A stretch of 64,000 bases of DNA from Paraspadella gotoi (Eukaryota > Animalia > Chaetognatha), in contig CM119270.1 in NCBI GenBank assembly GCA_051294375.1, forward strand, positions 10,374,766-10,438,765, in the 5' to 3' direction. The stretch's first letter is position 1. The number at the start of each line of letters is the position of its first letter. A program made the position numbers and the translations under genes. Of this stretch, positions 14,145-28,372 are shown piece by piece. A model generated the notes under the pieces. The model saw only the letters and a program-made list of their open reading frames with translations. It did not search any database and was not told the DNA's origin.

Positions 14145-14600
14145 CGCTGCGACACTGGAGAAGACGAAAACGAGGCTCTGCGACGCTGGAGAAGACGAAA
14201 ACGAGGCGCTGTAACGCTGTCGTAGACGAAAACAAGACTGCGATGCTGAAGAAAACAAAAACGAGGCGCTGTAACGCTGTCGTATACGAAAATGAGACTG
14301 CGAGCTGGAGAAGACAAAAAGGAGGCGCTGTAACGCTGTCGTAGACGAAAATGAGACTGCGAGCTGGAGAAGACAAAAAGGAGGCGCTTTAACGCTGTCG
14401 TAGACGAAAATGAGACTGCGAGCTGGAGAAGACAAAAAGGAGGCGCTGTAACGCTGTCGTAGACGAAAATGAGACTGCGAGCTGGAGTAGACAAAAAGGA
14501 GGCGCTGTAACGATGTCGTAGATGATAACGAGACTCTGCGATGCTGGAGAAGACAAAAAAAAGACTCTGCTACGCAGAGGGAGATGAAAACGAGTCGTTG
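14145..14600. repeat. Minisatellite with ~59-62 bp period built from two alternating ~30-bp subunits
   Basis: Unit GAGACTGCGAGCTGGAGAAGACAAAAAGGAGGCGCTGTAACGCTGTCGTAGACGAAAAT recurs with 59-bp period over ~14293-14520; flanks show the ~31-bp monomer AAGACGAAAACGAGGCTCTGCGACGCTGGAG. Confidence 0.9.
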
Positions 14601-15599
14601 AGAGCGTTGTGGAGCAGTGAAAAAAATTGTCAAAGTTTTTTTGATAATATTCTCAAACAAGAAGCAGATAGCTGTAGTGATGCAGTTAATAAATAGACCG
14701 CGCCTGATCTCTTCATTCCTTCCAAACCTCACTTTTCCTTACTCTTCCTCTTAATCTCATCACTAACTCACCCTCTCCGATATCCCACTCGATTCGGGTC
14801 GTTTTGCCAGCGAAACGAAAATTAGCACTTAGCTTCTTCTCTCAGAGTGAAACGCCCCTATTCAGCCATTTCCGCTTTTAACTCTTTATCTCTTTCGCCC
14901 GAATAAAATCCTTCCTTTTACTTGGCCCCCTCTTCCTCTTCCCTACCNNNNNNNNNNNNNNNNNNNNNNNNNNNNNNNNNNNNNNNNNNNNNNNNNNNNN
15001 NNNNNNNNNNNNNNNNNNNNNNNNNNNNNNNNNNNNNNNNNNNNNNNNNNNNNNNNNNNNNNNNNNNNNNNNNNNNNNNNNNNNNNNNNNNNNNNNNNNN
15101 NNNNNNNNNNNNNNNNNNNNNNNNNNNNNNNNNNNNNNNNNNNNNNNNNNNNNNNNNNNNNNNNNNTAACCGGAAGCAGAAAATGGAAAGAGGAAGAAAG
15201 AAGTAGAAACCATCATCATCAGCCACAACAACCGCGACGACGACGACGACGACGCCATAATGACGGGGTTAAAGCTTTGAGAGTAAAAAAGAAGGTAATG
15301 CTGCAAAACGCAAATTGAAAAGGAGGCAAAGAAACGATGAGAGGAAAATGGGAAAAATAAGATGAGGGGAAGAAGAAGGAGAAAAAGTCAGCAAAGCTAG
15401 AAACAGTAAACTAAGCAAAAGAAAAATACTTAAACAATATACAAAAAAGTTACCTATTATACTTGGAGCGATAAAGGGGAACAGATGGGGCAGAGCATTT
15501 CTAAGAATTTTGTTTAGCGTAAAACAGAAAAGTCTTTGCTGTTGTGTGTTCTCTTTGCCAAAGAAGCAGTCAGTCGGAAAATTTATCATTTTATTATTT

Positions 15600-15685
15600 T
15601 TATGAAATTGGTACAACCAATATAAAAATTATTCATTCATTTAATAAATAAGCTATCTTGCCCCTGACTTTGGACAGGCTTTGGT
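15600..15685 (+). mobile_element. Dispersed repeat fragment (second copy at 56555-56640), probably transposon-derived
   Basis: TTATGAAATTGGTACAACCAATATAAAAATTAT(T/C)CATTCATTTAATAAATAAGCTATCTTG(C/T)CCCTGACTTTGGACAGGCTTTGGT occurs at both loci with two substitutions and different flanks. Confidence 0.75.
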
Positions 15686-15925
15686 TTATTTTATTTTATT
15701 TTTATTTTTATTACTTTTTGGCAACTGGGGCGAAATTGTGACATAATATATTACAATGAAAATTGAAATGAATTAAGTCATGAAAATACAAAAATTACAA
15801 ATTTATAGTACATGAAAACCTTTGTTAACAGAAAAAAAACCCAGAAAAACAGAATTTCTGCGCCCTTTTGTTTCTTATCTCGTCGAAAGTCTAAATCCTG
15901 AGGCGAGGGAATCGTCGTGCACGAA

Positions 15926-16007
<82 letters not shown>

Positions 16008-17056
16008 GGGGGCGCTCGCTATCTTTTTTTTTCTTCGGCGCGAAGAGAAACCTGCACCTTGGCCCCTTTTTTCAACCCCCAGGGGGAAGGATGAGGGTGA
16101 AAAGAAGCCACCTTCCTTTTGCCCGCGTTGGCTGCTAATAAGCTGCAAATGGGCAAATTTGGGGCTAAATGAGAAATAGATAGGAGAAGGGGTCTTAGCT
16201 CCTTGCTCCGATTCTCATCTCTCGCTCTTCTCTCGAGCCGCTCTGTGGCCGCGGGGGGAAGTATGGGGATTACAGAGAAAGAAATAAAAATTACTTCATT
16301 CATTTAATAAATAAAGCTATCTTGCACCGCCTTGACTTTTTGGACAGGCTTTTGGTTCTGTTTATTTATTTACTTTTTCCATTACTTTTTGGCCACAACT
16401 GGGCGAAATTGTGACCATAATATATTATCAATGAAAATTGGAAATGGAATTTAAGTCATGGAAAATAACAAAAATTACAGAATCTTATAGTACATGAAAA
16501 ACCTTTGTCTAACAAGCAAAAAAAAATCCCAGAAAACAAACAGAATTTCCTCCCCTTTTGTTTTTCTTATCTCGTTCGACAAGTCTTAAATCCTCTAGGC
16601 GAGGGAATCGTCGTGCCACCGAGAAAACACCAATCTCTTCTCTCGTCCTCATCTCATCTCCTTCTCTCTCTTGCGCGTCATTCTCTCTCCTCTCTCTCTC
16701 TTCTCATCTCCTCTCTCTCTCTCTCGTCTCTCTCTCCGGCGGGGCGGCCGCTCGCTACGTCTTTTTTTTTCTTTCGCCGGCGCGAGGACCGAAACTGCAC
16801 CCTTGGCCCCCTTTTTTTCCAACCCCCAGGGCGGAAGAATGAGCGGTGAAAGACAAGCCACCCTTCCTTCTTGCCCGCTGTTTGGCTGCCTAATGTTTAA
16901 GCTGCAAATTGGGCGAAATTTGGGGCTAACATGGCAGAAAATAGATAGGAGAAGGCGCGTCTTAGCTCCTTAGCTCCGCATTCTCATCTCTCGCTCCTTC
17001 TCTCGAGCCGTCTCGTGCCTCGCGGGGGGAAGTCCATGGGGGATTACAGAGAAGAA
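15631..17056 (+). repeat. Tandem duplication (copy A ~15631-16279, copy B ~16295-17056); probable assembly artefact
   Basis: Copy B is the same sequence with insertion-dominated noise. Confidence 0.85.
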
Positions 17057-17419
17057 AGACAGAAAGAGAGACGAGGAGGAGAGAGACGACGAGAGAGAGA
17101 GAGAGAGAGGAGATGAAGGGGGTGCTGGATGAGAAGGACGTGACGAGAGCACGAGACTGAGAAGACAGATTCGAGGCCAGGATCGAGCCCCATTAACAGC
17201 GAATCTGTCTAGTTTAGCACATGGAAGAATGGCCGCGCCATCTTGCGAAGATCTTTTCGCAGCCTGCCTGCGGCGCGTGCGTTTTTCGCTTTATTGCTTG
17301 GATCTCCGCACGGTTTCGCGGGTGGCTGGCCTGCCGGCGCGTCGTATTTAGCCGCTGCGAGGTGGTGGGAGTTATGCTGCGTGCTCTCTCTCTCTCTCTC
17401 TCCTCTCTCTACTCTCTCT

Positions 17420-17497
<78 letters not shown>

Positions 17498-17796
17498 CAC
17501 TTTCTTGCTCTCTCTCCAACAAAACCCCCGTCTTGTTGTCTCGCGCCGGGTTTTCTTAGTTTGGTTTCGTGAAAGAAAAAAAGAAAAAAGGAATATACAN
17601 NNNNNNNNNNNNNNNNNNNNNNNNAAGGAAATAAAAAAAGGGAAGTAAGAAAAGCCCCTTCGCTCCAAATGACAAACAGACTGGAAGCCATCGCCGCCTC
17701 AGCAGCCAAACAATCGGCCTCAGGATTTATGGTCTCAAAGAAAGTCGTCGCAAAACAGTCAGTGTTGTTTGAATCGTTTTATTAGCGGGAAAATGA

Positions 17797-18081
<285 letters not shown>

Positions 18082-18570
18082 TGAGTTTTTGGGAGAGAGT
18101 GATTTGCCGAGTGATTGTCATTCGTGAGTGCGACTGAACATAATGTAATGAAATATGTTAATAATTCATACGTCAATTAGTGACTAAGAAGTAAGGATTA
18201 AACAATAATTTAATTGTTTGAATTTAGTTGCATTAAAATACTGAATACGATTAACGTCAGCGAGGGAGAAAGTTAAATCTGATTCCCCGATAATGTTTTC
18301 CTCTTCGTGATTTTTACAATAAAAATTAAACAAAATTCGCAGCGACGGATTTTCAAAGACGGTGAAAGATTAGAGAGTGAGAAATGAAGAGAAAAAAAGA
18401 GAGGTAAAGAGAAGAAAAATAAAGGAATAGAGAGGAAAAGGAGGTCGAAAAAAAGAAAAACCGAGGAATAGAGAGGTAAAGGAGATCGAAAGCGTGAAAA
18501 GTTTTGCCGCGAATTGACATAATTGACTCTTTCTTTTATCAACGAAGAAAATCCGAAGAGAGTTTTCCCA

Positions 18571-18677
<107 letters not shown>

Positions 18678-20765
18678 TCTCCGTTTGTACTCTCCACAAC
18701 CGCTATCTCCCTCCTCGCCGTGCGAAATGCCTCGTCCCAGGGGCAAGAATTCATCCACGGTCGTACCGCCGGAATACCAACGCATCTTTTTTTTTTTCTT
18801 TATTCCTTTCTCTATATTCTTTTCTTTTTTCTTTCCTCCTCCTTCCTTTCCTTTCCTCCCTCCCCTTTTCTGGCCGAGAGCGCGCTCGCGGCGTTATTCC
18901 CCTTTCGGTCCGCGAGTTTCTTCCGATTGGCGGCCCCAGGGACGAGGGGGGGAGGGTGGGGGCGGAAAGAGAGGGGGGAGGAGGAGAAAGGGGAAGTGAA
19001 GGAGGAAAGGGGAGAGATGGAAGAGAGTAAGGAAGGAAGAAAGGAGAGAAGGGAAAAATAGTAGTTTAAGAAAGGCTTGAACCAGAATATATGAAAGGAA
19101 TGGGAGGAAATAAAAAAAAATTGGGTACAAGAAGGGAGTAAGAAAAAATAACGAATGTAGGAAGGAAAAAGAAAAGAAAATGAAGATCGATTGTGAAAAG
19201 AAATTGAGTGGTAGGGAAAGAAATTACGAAGAGGATGAGAAAGGGGTAGGGCAAAGGGGCCTTTACCTTGAGGTTATAGTCTCAGTGTTTTCGCTTACTG
19301 AGAAGTTGACATCTCCAGACAACGCATTGTCGGATTGACGCGTGTGTGTGTNNNNNNNNNNNNNNNNNNNNNNNNNNNNNNNNNNNNNNNNNNNNNNNNN
19401 NNNNNNNNNNNNNNNNNNNNNNNNNNNNNNNNNNNNNNNNNNNNNNNNNNNNNNNNNNNNNNNNNNNNNNNNNNNNNNNNNNNNNNNNNNNNNNNNNNNN
19501 NNNNNNNNNNNNNNNNAGAGAGAGAGAGAGAAAGAAATACGCATAGCCTAGAAAGTTAGACTTACATCTTGATTACAAAATCGATATTGGATCTGCCGCA
19601 GATGAAAAGAAAAGAGTTTCTTTTCTATTTCTTTACGCGAAACGAAAAACCTTTTCGCCTTCATATCTTTTTCCATTTCTATCTTTCTCTATTTCTGTCT
19701 CTGTTTCTATTTTTTTCCCTCTTTCATTTCAATATTTGTTTCTTTCTTTTCTAAGTCTTCCCACCCCAGAATTTTTTTCACAACACCCTCTCTTTTCCTT
19801 TGACCTTAGTGCCCCCCCTAATAACCCTTTCCGACGGATAGAGAGTATTGTCCGCCCTCATTCTTCCTGTGTTTTCACCTCACTCGTCCACCTTATCCCT
19901 ACGCCCACTTCGGATCTTTCCTTTCCCCCACCCAACAGTTTTTCACTCCCCGAATTTATTGAACCCCCCGGTCCCCCCTGGCCCCCCCCAAAGCCCCCTC
20001 CGCACCCTTCTCCTCTCGCGTCTCTTCCCGATTTTCTTTCGCTAGATTTTCTTTTCGAATTTTAGTTTTCATCTTTGCAATCGTCGCTTCCATCAGAGAA
20101 TCAATTTTCATATTTTACGCTCGAAGCTTCGTGATTGAAATTGTCTCTAACCTTTCATATATTCCCTTTTCTCTATATTATTCCAATTATTACATAATTT
20201 AACAAAGATTCTCTCAAATTCTAGGCCTATTAATATATGGAAATCTTTCACTTGTCTCACTTTGACTATATTTAAACTTGTTGCGTAAAACTTCGATCTT
20301 AGTCGGTATGCGATCTTCGATTTTGGTCTCGAAGGCCTTCCGGTCAGCTGGCACCGGTGAAGATGAGCGCCTCCGATCGAGCGCCCCGAATCTGGAACCA
20401 CCCTGAACATTCGTGATCGTCGTCGTCTTTCTTATTCTCTTCTTCTCTTGTCCCACATCCAGTCTCAGAAATCGATATATCGCCTTTGGAATCTCGTTCG
20501 TCGTTCGTCGCTTATCGTCGTCGTTTCTTCCAAGATGGTCGTCATATTTATTTTTCTTGTCGAATATCGATCGCCATGATCATCTTTTGCCGTTCAAAGT
20601 TTTAAATTCAAAGGATTTGAGAATAAATTTCATCTCAAAAAAGTCTATTTCACTTCGGGACTCGGAATCGTTTAAGTTCTCAGGAAAGGGGCCTCTTCAA
20701 GATAGAACCCAAAACGGCGCCCCCTACAAATTGGTCCATAAATCCCCTGACTTGATTAAATCTCT

Positions 20766-20834
<69 letters not shown>

Positions 20835-21310
20835 GTCTCCTCGTCCTCTTCTGCCCCGTTTCTCACGTCTCTCTTCCCCCTCGTTAGTGCTGATTCCACG
20901 TTCTCGCACTCTCTCTCGCTCTTCGCTCTCTCTCCGTTTGGTCAGCATAAAATCCGAGGGGANNNNNNNNNNNNNNNNNNNNNNNNNNNNNNNNNNNNNN
21001 NNNNNNNNNNNNNNNNNNNNNNNNNNNNNNNNNNNNNNNNNNNNNNNNNNNNNNNNNNNNNNNNNNNNNNNNNNNNNNNNNNNNNNNNNNNNNNNNNNNN
21101 NNNNNNNNNNNNNNNNNNNNNNNNNNNNNNNNNNNNNNNNNNNNNNCGAGGGAATGGTCATTTCCTTGCCCCGACCCGCTCCTCACTCTGTCTCTCTCTA
21201 CTTCACCCTCCCCTCTCAGTCTCTCGCTCCCTCTGTGACTTTCTCCAACCATTGGGACCCAGGGGATCCGGATCCGAAACTTCTTCTCCGCTGTCCCTTT
21301 GCCCGATAAC

Positions 21311-21376
21311 CTGCTTTGCTGCCCGATACCCTTGACCGATACCCTGCTTTACTGCCCGATACCCTTGACCGATACC
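21311..21376. repeat. 33-bp tandem repeat, two copies plus a partial copy upstream
   Basis: CTGCTTT(G/A)CTGCCCGATACCCTTGACCGATACC twice. Confidence 0.85.
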
Positions 21377-21379
21377 CCA

Positions 21380-21612
21380 CTCCGCTGGCCAATGCTCTTT
21401 TCCTCTACCTTTATGTCGCTTGTTGGGCAATGTTGGGTTACGAGTCAATTTTCTATGCACATTTTTGCAACAATTATTTTTTTATTCATTGGATTTTGCT
21501 TCTCTCTTTCACTGCACTAATTTCCACTCCACTTTTAGCTCCTCTGAGCCTGTGTATTCGAGTTCACTCATGTCCACCCCGGGGATCGAACTAGCGACCT
21601 TTTCATTCTCAG
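21380..21612 (-). mobile_element. 5'-truncated tRNA-derived SINE-like remnant
   Basis: Minus strand reads GAGAATGAAAAGGTCGCTAGTTCGATCCCCGGGG (tRNA T-arm / Pol III B-box GTTCGATCC) followed by a non-tRNA body; no A-box or complete cloverleaf; extent of the body is uncertain. Confidence 0.55.
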
Positions 21613-23291
21613 AGATCTCGATCTGTCCATGGACATGCGTTGCATCCGGTATCGGAATCATATTCGGGACACGGACTAGATATGAGGCAGAATATTAAAA
21701 CTTATGGGAAAAGTTTTTCGTCTAGGTTGGATACTTTTCTTTAAATTTTAACTTTAACTTCATCTTCCTTTATTTCCTCTTTACCTTCCTTAATTAATCC
21801 TCGCGGTTACTCAATTCCCTCGCATGAACCAAAAAATGGTCAAAGGGTCACAGCGATGCCGTTGCCGTTAGATCTTGCTGCTGAAGTATCCGTTTGGGTT
21901 AAAATGCTGCACGCGATGCTGCTGCGAATTAGATTGTTGCCTTTTATGATTAGCCTTTCGTTTTCTTCGCAATGAGACATATACGAGAGAGAAGAGAGAG
22001 AGAGAGGAATAAGAGGAGAGAGAGAGATGGATTGAGAGTGAGAGAGAGAGAGAGAGAGAGGGCGATGGCGGAAGAGAGATAAGGCATTGGCCTCTTTGGT
22101 CACATTCGGGTCAGGCAGGGTCGCTGACACATGGGGCATCGCGCAAAAAGTTGGGGTTGACGTACAAGGGGACAAAAGATATGGAAAAGGTTAGAGAAAG
22201 CGGGAGAGCGAGACAGAGAGTGAAAGAAAGAGAGAGAGAAAAAGGAAAGAGATATCCCTTTCGGTCAGAAGGCAGAAGCTCAAAAATCCTCTGACTCTGT
22301 AACGGAAATTTTTGAGAGAGATAAAGAGTCTCACGTTTTGAAGTCGCGAAAAGATTTGAATAAGAGTAACCACGAATGGAGGAAGTCCAAATACTCGCGG
22401 CGTCATCCACGGGATTCTCAAGAGACAACGCCAGACTGACCGTCAAAAAAAGCAGAGCAGATGAGAGTGAGAGAGAGAGAGACGAGAGAGAGAGAGAGAA
22501 GAGAGAGGAGAGGAGAGGAGAGATGAGAGAGAGAGAGAGAGAGAGAGATGTAGAGAGAGAGAGAGAGAGAGAGAGCTGGTCGGTGCGAATAAACAAATCA
22601 AGATGCATCGCTTGACCGACGCGGTTTTCGGCCGCGCTCTTTGCCGCGGAGTGGCGATTGGCTGCTGCGTCCGACTCCGCTTCTGCTCCGGCGGCTGCTG
22701 TTGATGTTGCTGCAGAGGCGGAAAGAATTTCGCGCGGCCGCGTTCAGCCTTACTCTCGAGTCCGGTTGCCACGACGACGACAACAACGACGACGATCATG
22801 ACGACGACGTCGGACCGCACAAGAAGTTTTTTTTTGGCTGTCATTAAAGTCTTGATGATTACGACAACGATGATGACAACGAGGGAAACTTTTTCGTTCA
22901 CAATGTCACATCTTGGAAACCTGATTTTTGTCTTTGCTTAGTCTTTTTTTCTTCTTCTTTTCATAATTTTAAATTTGTTAATTTTCCAATCAACATTTTA
23001 TTTTCCCCCTTTCTTCTAACTTCATTATTTTTTCTTTTTGTTTAAATTTCCCCTTCTCTCTCTTTTCTTTTCCTTCTGTCTTTTCTTCTGTCCCTTCTTT
23101 CTTTCCGTCATCCCTCCCTCCTCCTCCCTTTCCAAATCTCCCCTCCCCATCTGATTCCCCATCTTAAGTCCCGCGAATCTGCCGGGGTTCTGCCACGAAG
23201 CGGCCGCCCTTTGCCGGCTCTGCCCCCGGCCAGTAAAGTCAGCGGTCCACTGCTTTGGGGTATCAAAGTTATCCCCGGGATTAAGGGAAGA

Positions 23292-23327
<36 letters not shown>

Positions 23328-23673
23328 GAACCGTGCTGACCGTTCTTGCTTCACTCTAAAAACCGTTCAAAGGCAACAATTATACTTGTTAAACTTGTTC
23401 GCATAATATACTTGCAAAATAAAAGTTGCTTGCTGCAAAAAGTGAAAACCAAGACTGCATCGGTAGTCGAACGCCACGTCGAAGATAAAACTTATTGGGT
23501 TCAGTTGCCCCTGAATTTCCCAGACTCTTTCCAGCTCGAATGATTGGAGGTTAGGGGGAAGAGAGGGAGGAAAGAAGGAGGAAAGGAGGAAAAGAGCGGA
23601 GGGATAGAGACTCAGGTTAAGCCCCATGTCCAGCAAATGTCCCTCCATTCATCTCTGCCTCAGGATCGCCTGG

Positions 23674-23719
<46 letters not shown>

Positions 23720-24044
23720 TGTGAAATGACCATCGCGCCTCAGTTCACGAAGCAATTATCGTGTCTGACCGTGGATCAGCTTTCGTTGTTCATCGCGAGT
23801 AATATTCAATGTTGGATGTTTCATATTTAAACAAAATTAATTTTTTTTGCATAAAATCTATTTGAAAGGACAAATCCGTACGAAGGTAATAATAAACATA
23901 AAAGACGTAATTTTATCTTTGAAATAAACTTACGCATGGAATTTAGTAACTACTACTAAAGTTAAATTTTTTTTTTATTACAACCGCGTTCACGGTCTAA
24001 TTTTCTTTCGTCTATTCCCCCTTTTCTATTTATGCAAAGTCGCT

Positions 24045-24085
<41 letters not shown>

Positions 24086-24620
24086 TCGAAGCCTTGAATA
24101 GGGAAAAATCAATGCTTGAATTTGATGGGGATTCAGATAACCCTTGAATGATAATTATCGCATTGAGAGCCTTAGCTGAAAGAGAGAGAGCGAGAGAGGC
24201 GGCGGAAAGGACAAGAGANNNNNNNNNNNNNNNNNNNNNNNNNNNNNNNNNNNNNNNNNNNNNNNNNNNNNNNNNNNNNNNNNNNNNNNNNNNNNNNNNN
24301 NNNNNNNNNNNNNNNNNNNNNNNNNNNNNNNNNNNNNNNNNNNNNNNNNNNNNNNNNNNNNNNNNNNNNNNNNNNNNNNNNNNNNNNNNNNNNNNNNNNN
24401 NNNNNNNNNNNNNNNNNNNNNNNNNNNNNNNNNNNNNNNNNNNNNNNNNNNNNNNNNNNNNNNNNNNNNNNNNNNNNNNNNNNNNNNNNNNNNNNNNNNN
24501 NNNNNNNNNNNNNNNNNNNNNNNNNNNNNNNNNNNNNNNNNNNNNNNNNNNNTTTTAAAAATATAATCTAGTCGCTCGCAGTTGGTGAATTAGAAAAATA
24601 AACAATGAGGTAGAATATTG

Positions 24621-24659
<39 letters not shown>

Positions 24660-25931
24660 GACTCTTTCTCTGCGCTTATCGCCCCAAATCATTCCCGCTT
24701 CCATCTTTGCACAGTCCTCTTCCTCCTCCTCCTCTTCCCTTTCCTCTTCCTCTTCATTCCCTCCCAATGCTATCAAAGGATAATCTGTATTGATTTCCCA
24801 TAATTCAAGTTTGAACAATTTTAGCCTCGCTCCTCCTCCTCCTCCTCCACCTCCCTTCCTTTTTTTCCGGAACCCAAGTCGCCGATTATTTCCGATAATT
24901 ACGAAACAAAACGCTTTTCCCTCTCATTTTCTGTTTCCTATTTTAATTATTTTATTTTTCTTTACTTTTTATTTCTATCTTCTTTTTTTTCTATTTCTCT
25001 TTGTTTCTTTCCCATTCTTCTTCGTATTTGAAATTGTAAAAAAAAAAGAAAAAAAAAGGAAAGAAGAAAAAAAAAATTAAGAGACGAGAAAAAGAAAAAA
25101 AAACCTCCAGCCAATTAGCAGAGTTGGAATAACAAAAATGAGGCAAAATAAATTTAGAGAAAAGGAGAGAGAGAGAGAGAGAGAGANNNNNNNNNNNNNN
25201 NNNNNNNNNNNNNNNNNNNNNNNNNNNNNNNNNNNNNNNNNNNNNNNNNNNNNNNNNNNNNNNNNNNNNNNNNNNNNNNNNNNNNNNNNNNNNNNNNNNN
25301 AGAGAGAGAGAGAGAGAGAGAGAGAGAAGGCTGAAATATTCCGAAGGCAGAAAAAGAGTGGAAGAAAAAAAATAGGAGGAAGACCGCCGGATGTAACTGG
25401 AAAGAAAGCAAAGTCGCGGATGTAATACGCCCCTCTTTCGTCACCCGCGATTCTCATTCCCCTTAAACCTCCGTCGAAACGATCTCCTCGTTTTCGTAAC
25501 CCAAACCCCGTCCCAAACCCCTGCTGGACCCGTATGTAACTGGCTTTCGCTGGAAAACGGGATTAACGGGGGTCAACTCGGGATGGCGCTCGCTTCGGAT
25601 CGCCGAACTCAATCGGAAATGCCATCCGCGGTATGACGTCATTATGGCGCCGTCGCCAGCGTCGCTTCAGCATCCGTTGTGGGCGGAGGGTGTGGGTTGC
25701 GGTTTGTGGAAACTGGTTTCTCGCGATGACGGTGATTCTGACGGTAAACTCTGAACGACGTTACTTCATTCGTTGTTGTTGTCGTTGTTGATGGCGCACG
25801 TCGCGTGTTCTCGTTGCTAAGAGATCGAATGTTTGCGTTCGCCTTTTTTTTTCTCGGTGGCATCGAGAAGACTTCCGGTGGCAGAGGCTATCGGAGCGCG
25901 TAAAGCCGATCCCCTTAACAGTTACGATAAT

Positions 25932-26054
<123 letters not shown>

Positions 26055-28340
26055 TCTCTACTTTTTCTCTTCCTTCCCTCACTCCCGTTCCAGCGATCGC
26101 CTTTTCTATCCGATTGCCCAACCTCCTGAACATTCTTACCCTCTTTCCGAATCCGTCTTTCCCAATCCTCCTATTTCTCTTTTCCCAATCGCTCTCTCTT
26201 TCTCCTCACGAGTTCGTCCCGTTATGACCGGATCTCTCGTTCAACGATTAATCCTTATTACGACCTTTGAGTTAAAGAGAAGTTCGAGAGGGGGTTTCGG
26301 AGAAAGGGGGTTAGGGGGAGGCCGAGGAGGGTCTTAAAGCCAAAGGGTCTGAGGTTCGCGTCCGTTTTTATCGTTGCGTCAGGGTCAACGGGGGGTGTGG
26401 ATCGATGACCTCTCGATCCTCGTCTGACCACTCGCTTCTGTCCTCTTCTTGCCTCTGCGGTCAGCGGGGGTTGTGGGGTTCACTAATCATTGGTGGGGGG
26501 GGGGTGAGCCGTTTGTTGTCGGAACGAAATCTCATAATATTCGTTTCGTTAACATCAGTGGATGAAAATTATATAAGTGGTGTTTTATTAATTTATTAAC
26601 TGTCTACCTCTGTTTCATNNNNNNNNNNNNNNNNNNNNNNNNNNNNNNNNNNNNNNNNNNNNNNNNNNNNNNNNNNNNNNNNNNNNNNNNNNNNNNNNNN
26701 NNNNNNNNNNNNNNNNNNNNNNNNNNNNNNNNNNNNNNNNNNNNNNNNNNNNNNNNNNNNNNNNNNNNNNNNNNNNNNNNNNNNNNNNNNNNNNNNNNNN
26801 NNNNNNNNNNNNNNNNNNNNNNNNNNNNNNNNNNNNNNNNNNNNNNNNNNNNNNNNNNNNNNNNNNNNTGTCGACTCCGATGCTTAAACAATGACCGCGG
26901 ATCCGAGCCCCCCGTTATTTTGAATTTCACTGCCTTCCATTAAACCTCTCGTTTTCTCTCTTTCTCTTTCTCTNNNNNNNNNNNNNNNNNNNNNNNNNNN
27001 NNNNNNNNNNNNNNNNNNNNNNNNNNNNNNNNNNNNNNNNNNNNNNNNNNNNNNNNNNNNNNNNNNNNNNNNNNNNNNNNNNNNNNNNNNNNNNNNNNNN
27101 NNNNNNNNNNNNNNNNNNNNNNNNNNNNNNNNNNNNNNNNNNNNNNNNNNNNNNNNNNNNNNNNNNNNNNNNNNNNNNNNNNNNNNNNNNNNNNNNNNNN
27201 NNNNNNNNNNNNNNNNNNNNNNNNNNNNNNNNNNNNNNNNNNNNNNNNNNNNNNNNNNNNNNNNNNNNNNNNNNNNTCTCTCTCTTTTTCATCTGAGCGC
27301 CCACTCGGAAGGATCTATCCCCTCACGGTCGCCCATCTCCCCCTCGATCTTTTTTGGGGTCGTTTTCATTTTGTTGGTTTCGACGTAACCACGAAGAGAA
27401 GTCCAGTGACAGGCCGGATGAAAGAAATCATCCATCATTTAAGGAAGATAATTATTCCCAGTTGGGATCTCCGACGACGACAATGACGACGACGACGACG
27501 ACGACGAAGACGACGACGAGACATCTCGAGACTTTTCAGTTTCGGGGCGGTCGATCCACAAAGGGGTCGTAGGGTCTCTTTGATGTTGACGGGTCCCTTT
27601 TTAAAAATGGGGGAAGAGGTTGATGAAGGGGGTTAACGTCGGACCTTGAGGGTTTGGCCAAAATTGTTGAAGGGGGGTGGTGTATCACGGGGGTGGAGTT
27701 GATCCCTTGGGGGTGGGAGGTGACTGAGAATGGACCGCGTGTCGAAAAGAATCACGCGATTTGTGAGGATTTTTAACGAACTCGATCCAACTCACTGCAT
27801 CTCGTTAATTCGTCAAATGATATCAATTAAGAACAACAACGACATCATCCATTACCATCAACGCCATCTTCAGCTCCACCTGCGCCTCGAAAGCGTCCGC
27901 TAAGAGGGAGACGCTTGTCAAAAGCGTCATTGTCCAATTTGCGGAAGGGAAACGCTACAAGTTTTACGATTCTCACGATCNNNNNNNNNNNNNNNNNNNN
28001 NNNNNNNNNNNNNNNNNNNNNNNNNNNNNNNNNNNNNNNNNNNNNNNNNNNNNNNNNNNNNNNNNNNNNNNNNNNNNNNNNNNNNNNNNNNNNNNNNNNN
28101 NNNNNNNNNNNNNNNNNNNNNNNNNNNNNNNNNNNNNNNNNNNNNNNNNNNNNNNNNNNNNNNNNNNNNNNNNNNNNNNNNNNNNNNNNNNNATTTCATT
28201 AATCTCACGTAAAAGTCCTCGGCCGACCGCCATATGTTCTGCTTAGCGCTTGTCGCACAATCACTGACAGTTTGAGCAACAACGACGACGGCGACGTAGA
28301 CGAAATTATAATAGTAATTGTTTTGTTTTCTATCGTTCGT

Positions 28341-28372
<32 letters not shown>

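Noticed and set aside
14145-14600. CRISPR-like array or repetitive protein
   Set aside because: Units are contiguous tandem copies without unique spacers, the 59-bp period breaks the reading frame, and the context is eukaryotic
21575-21612. Functional tRNA gene
   Set aside because: Only the T-arm/B-box region is present; no D-arm, A-box or acceptor stem
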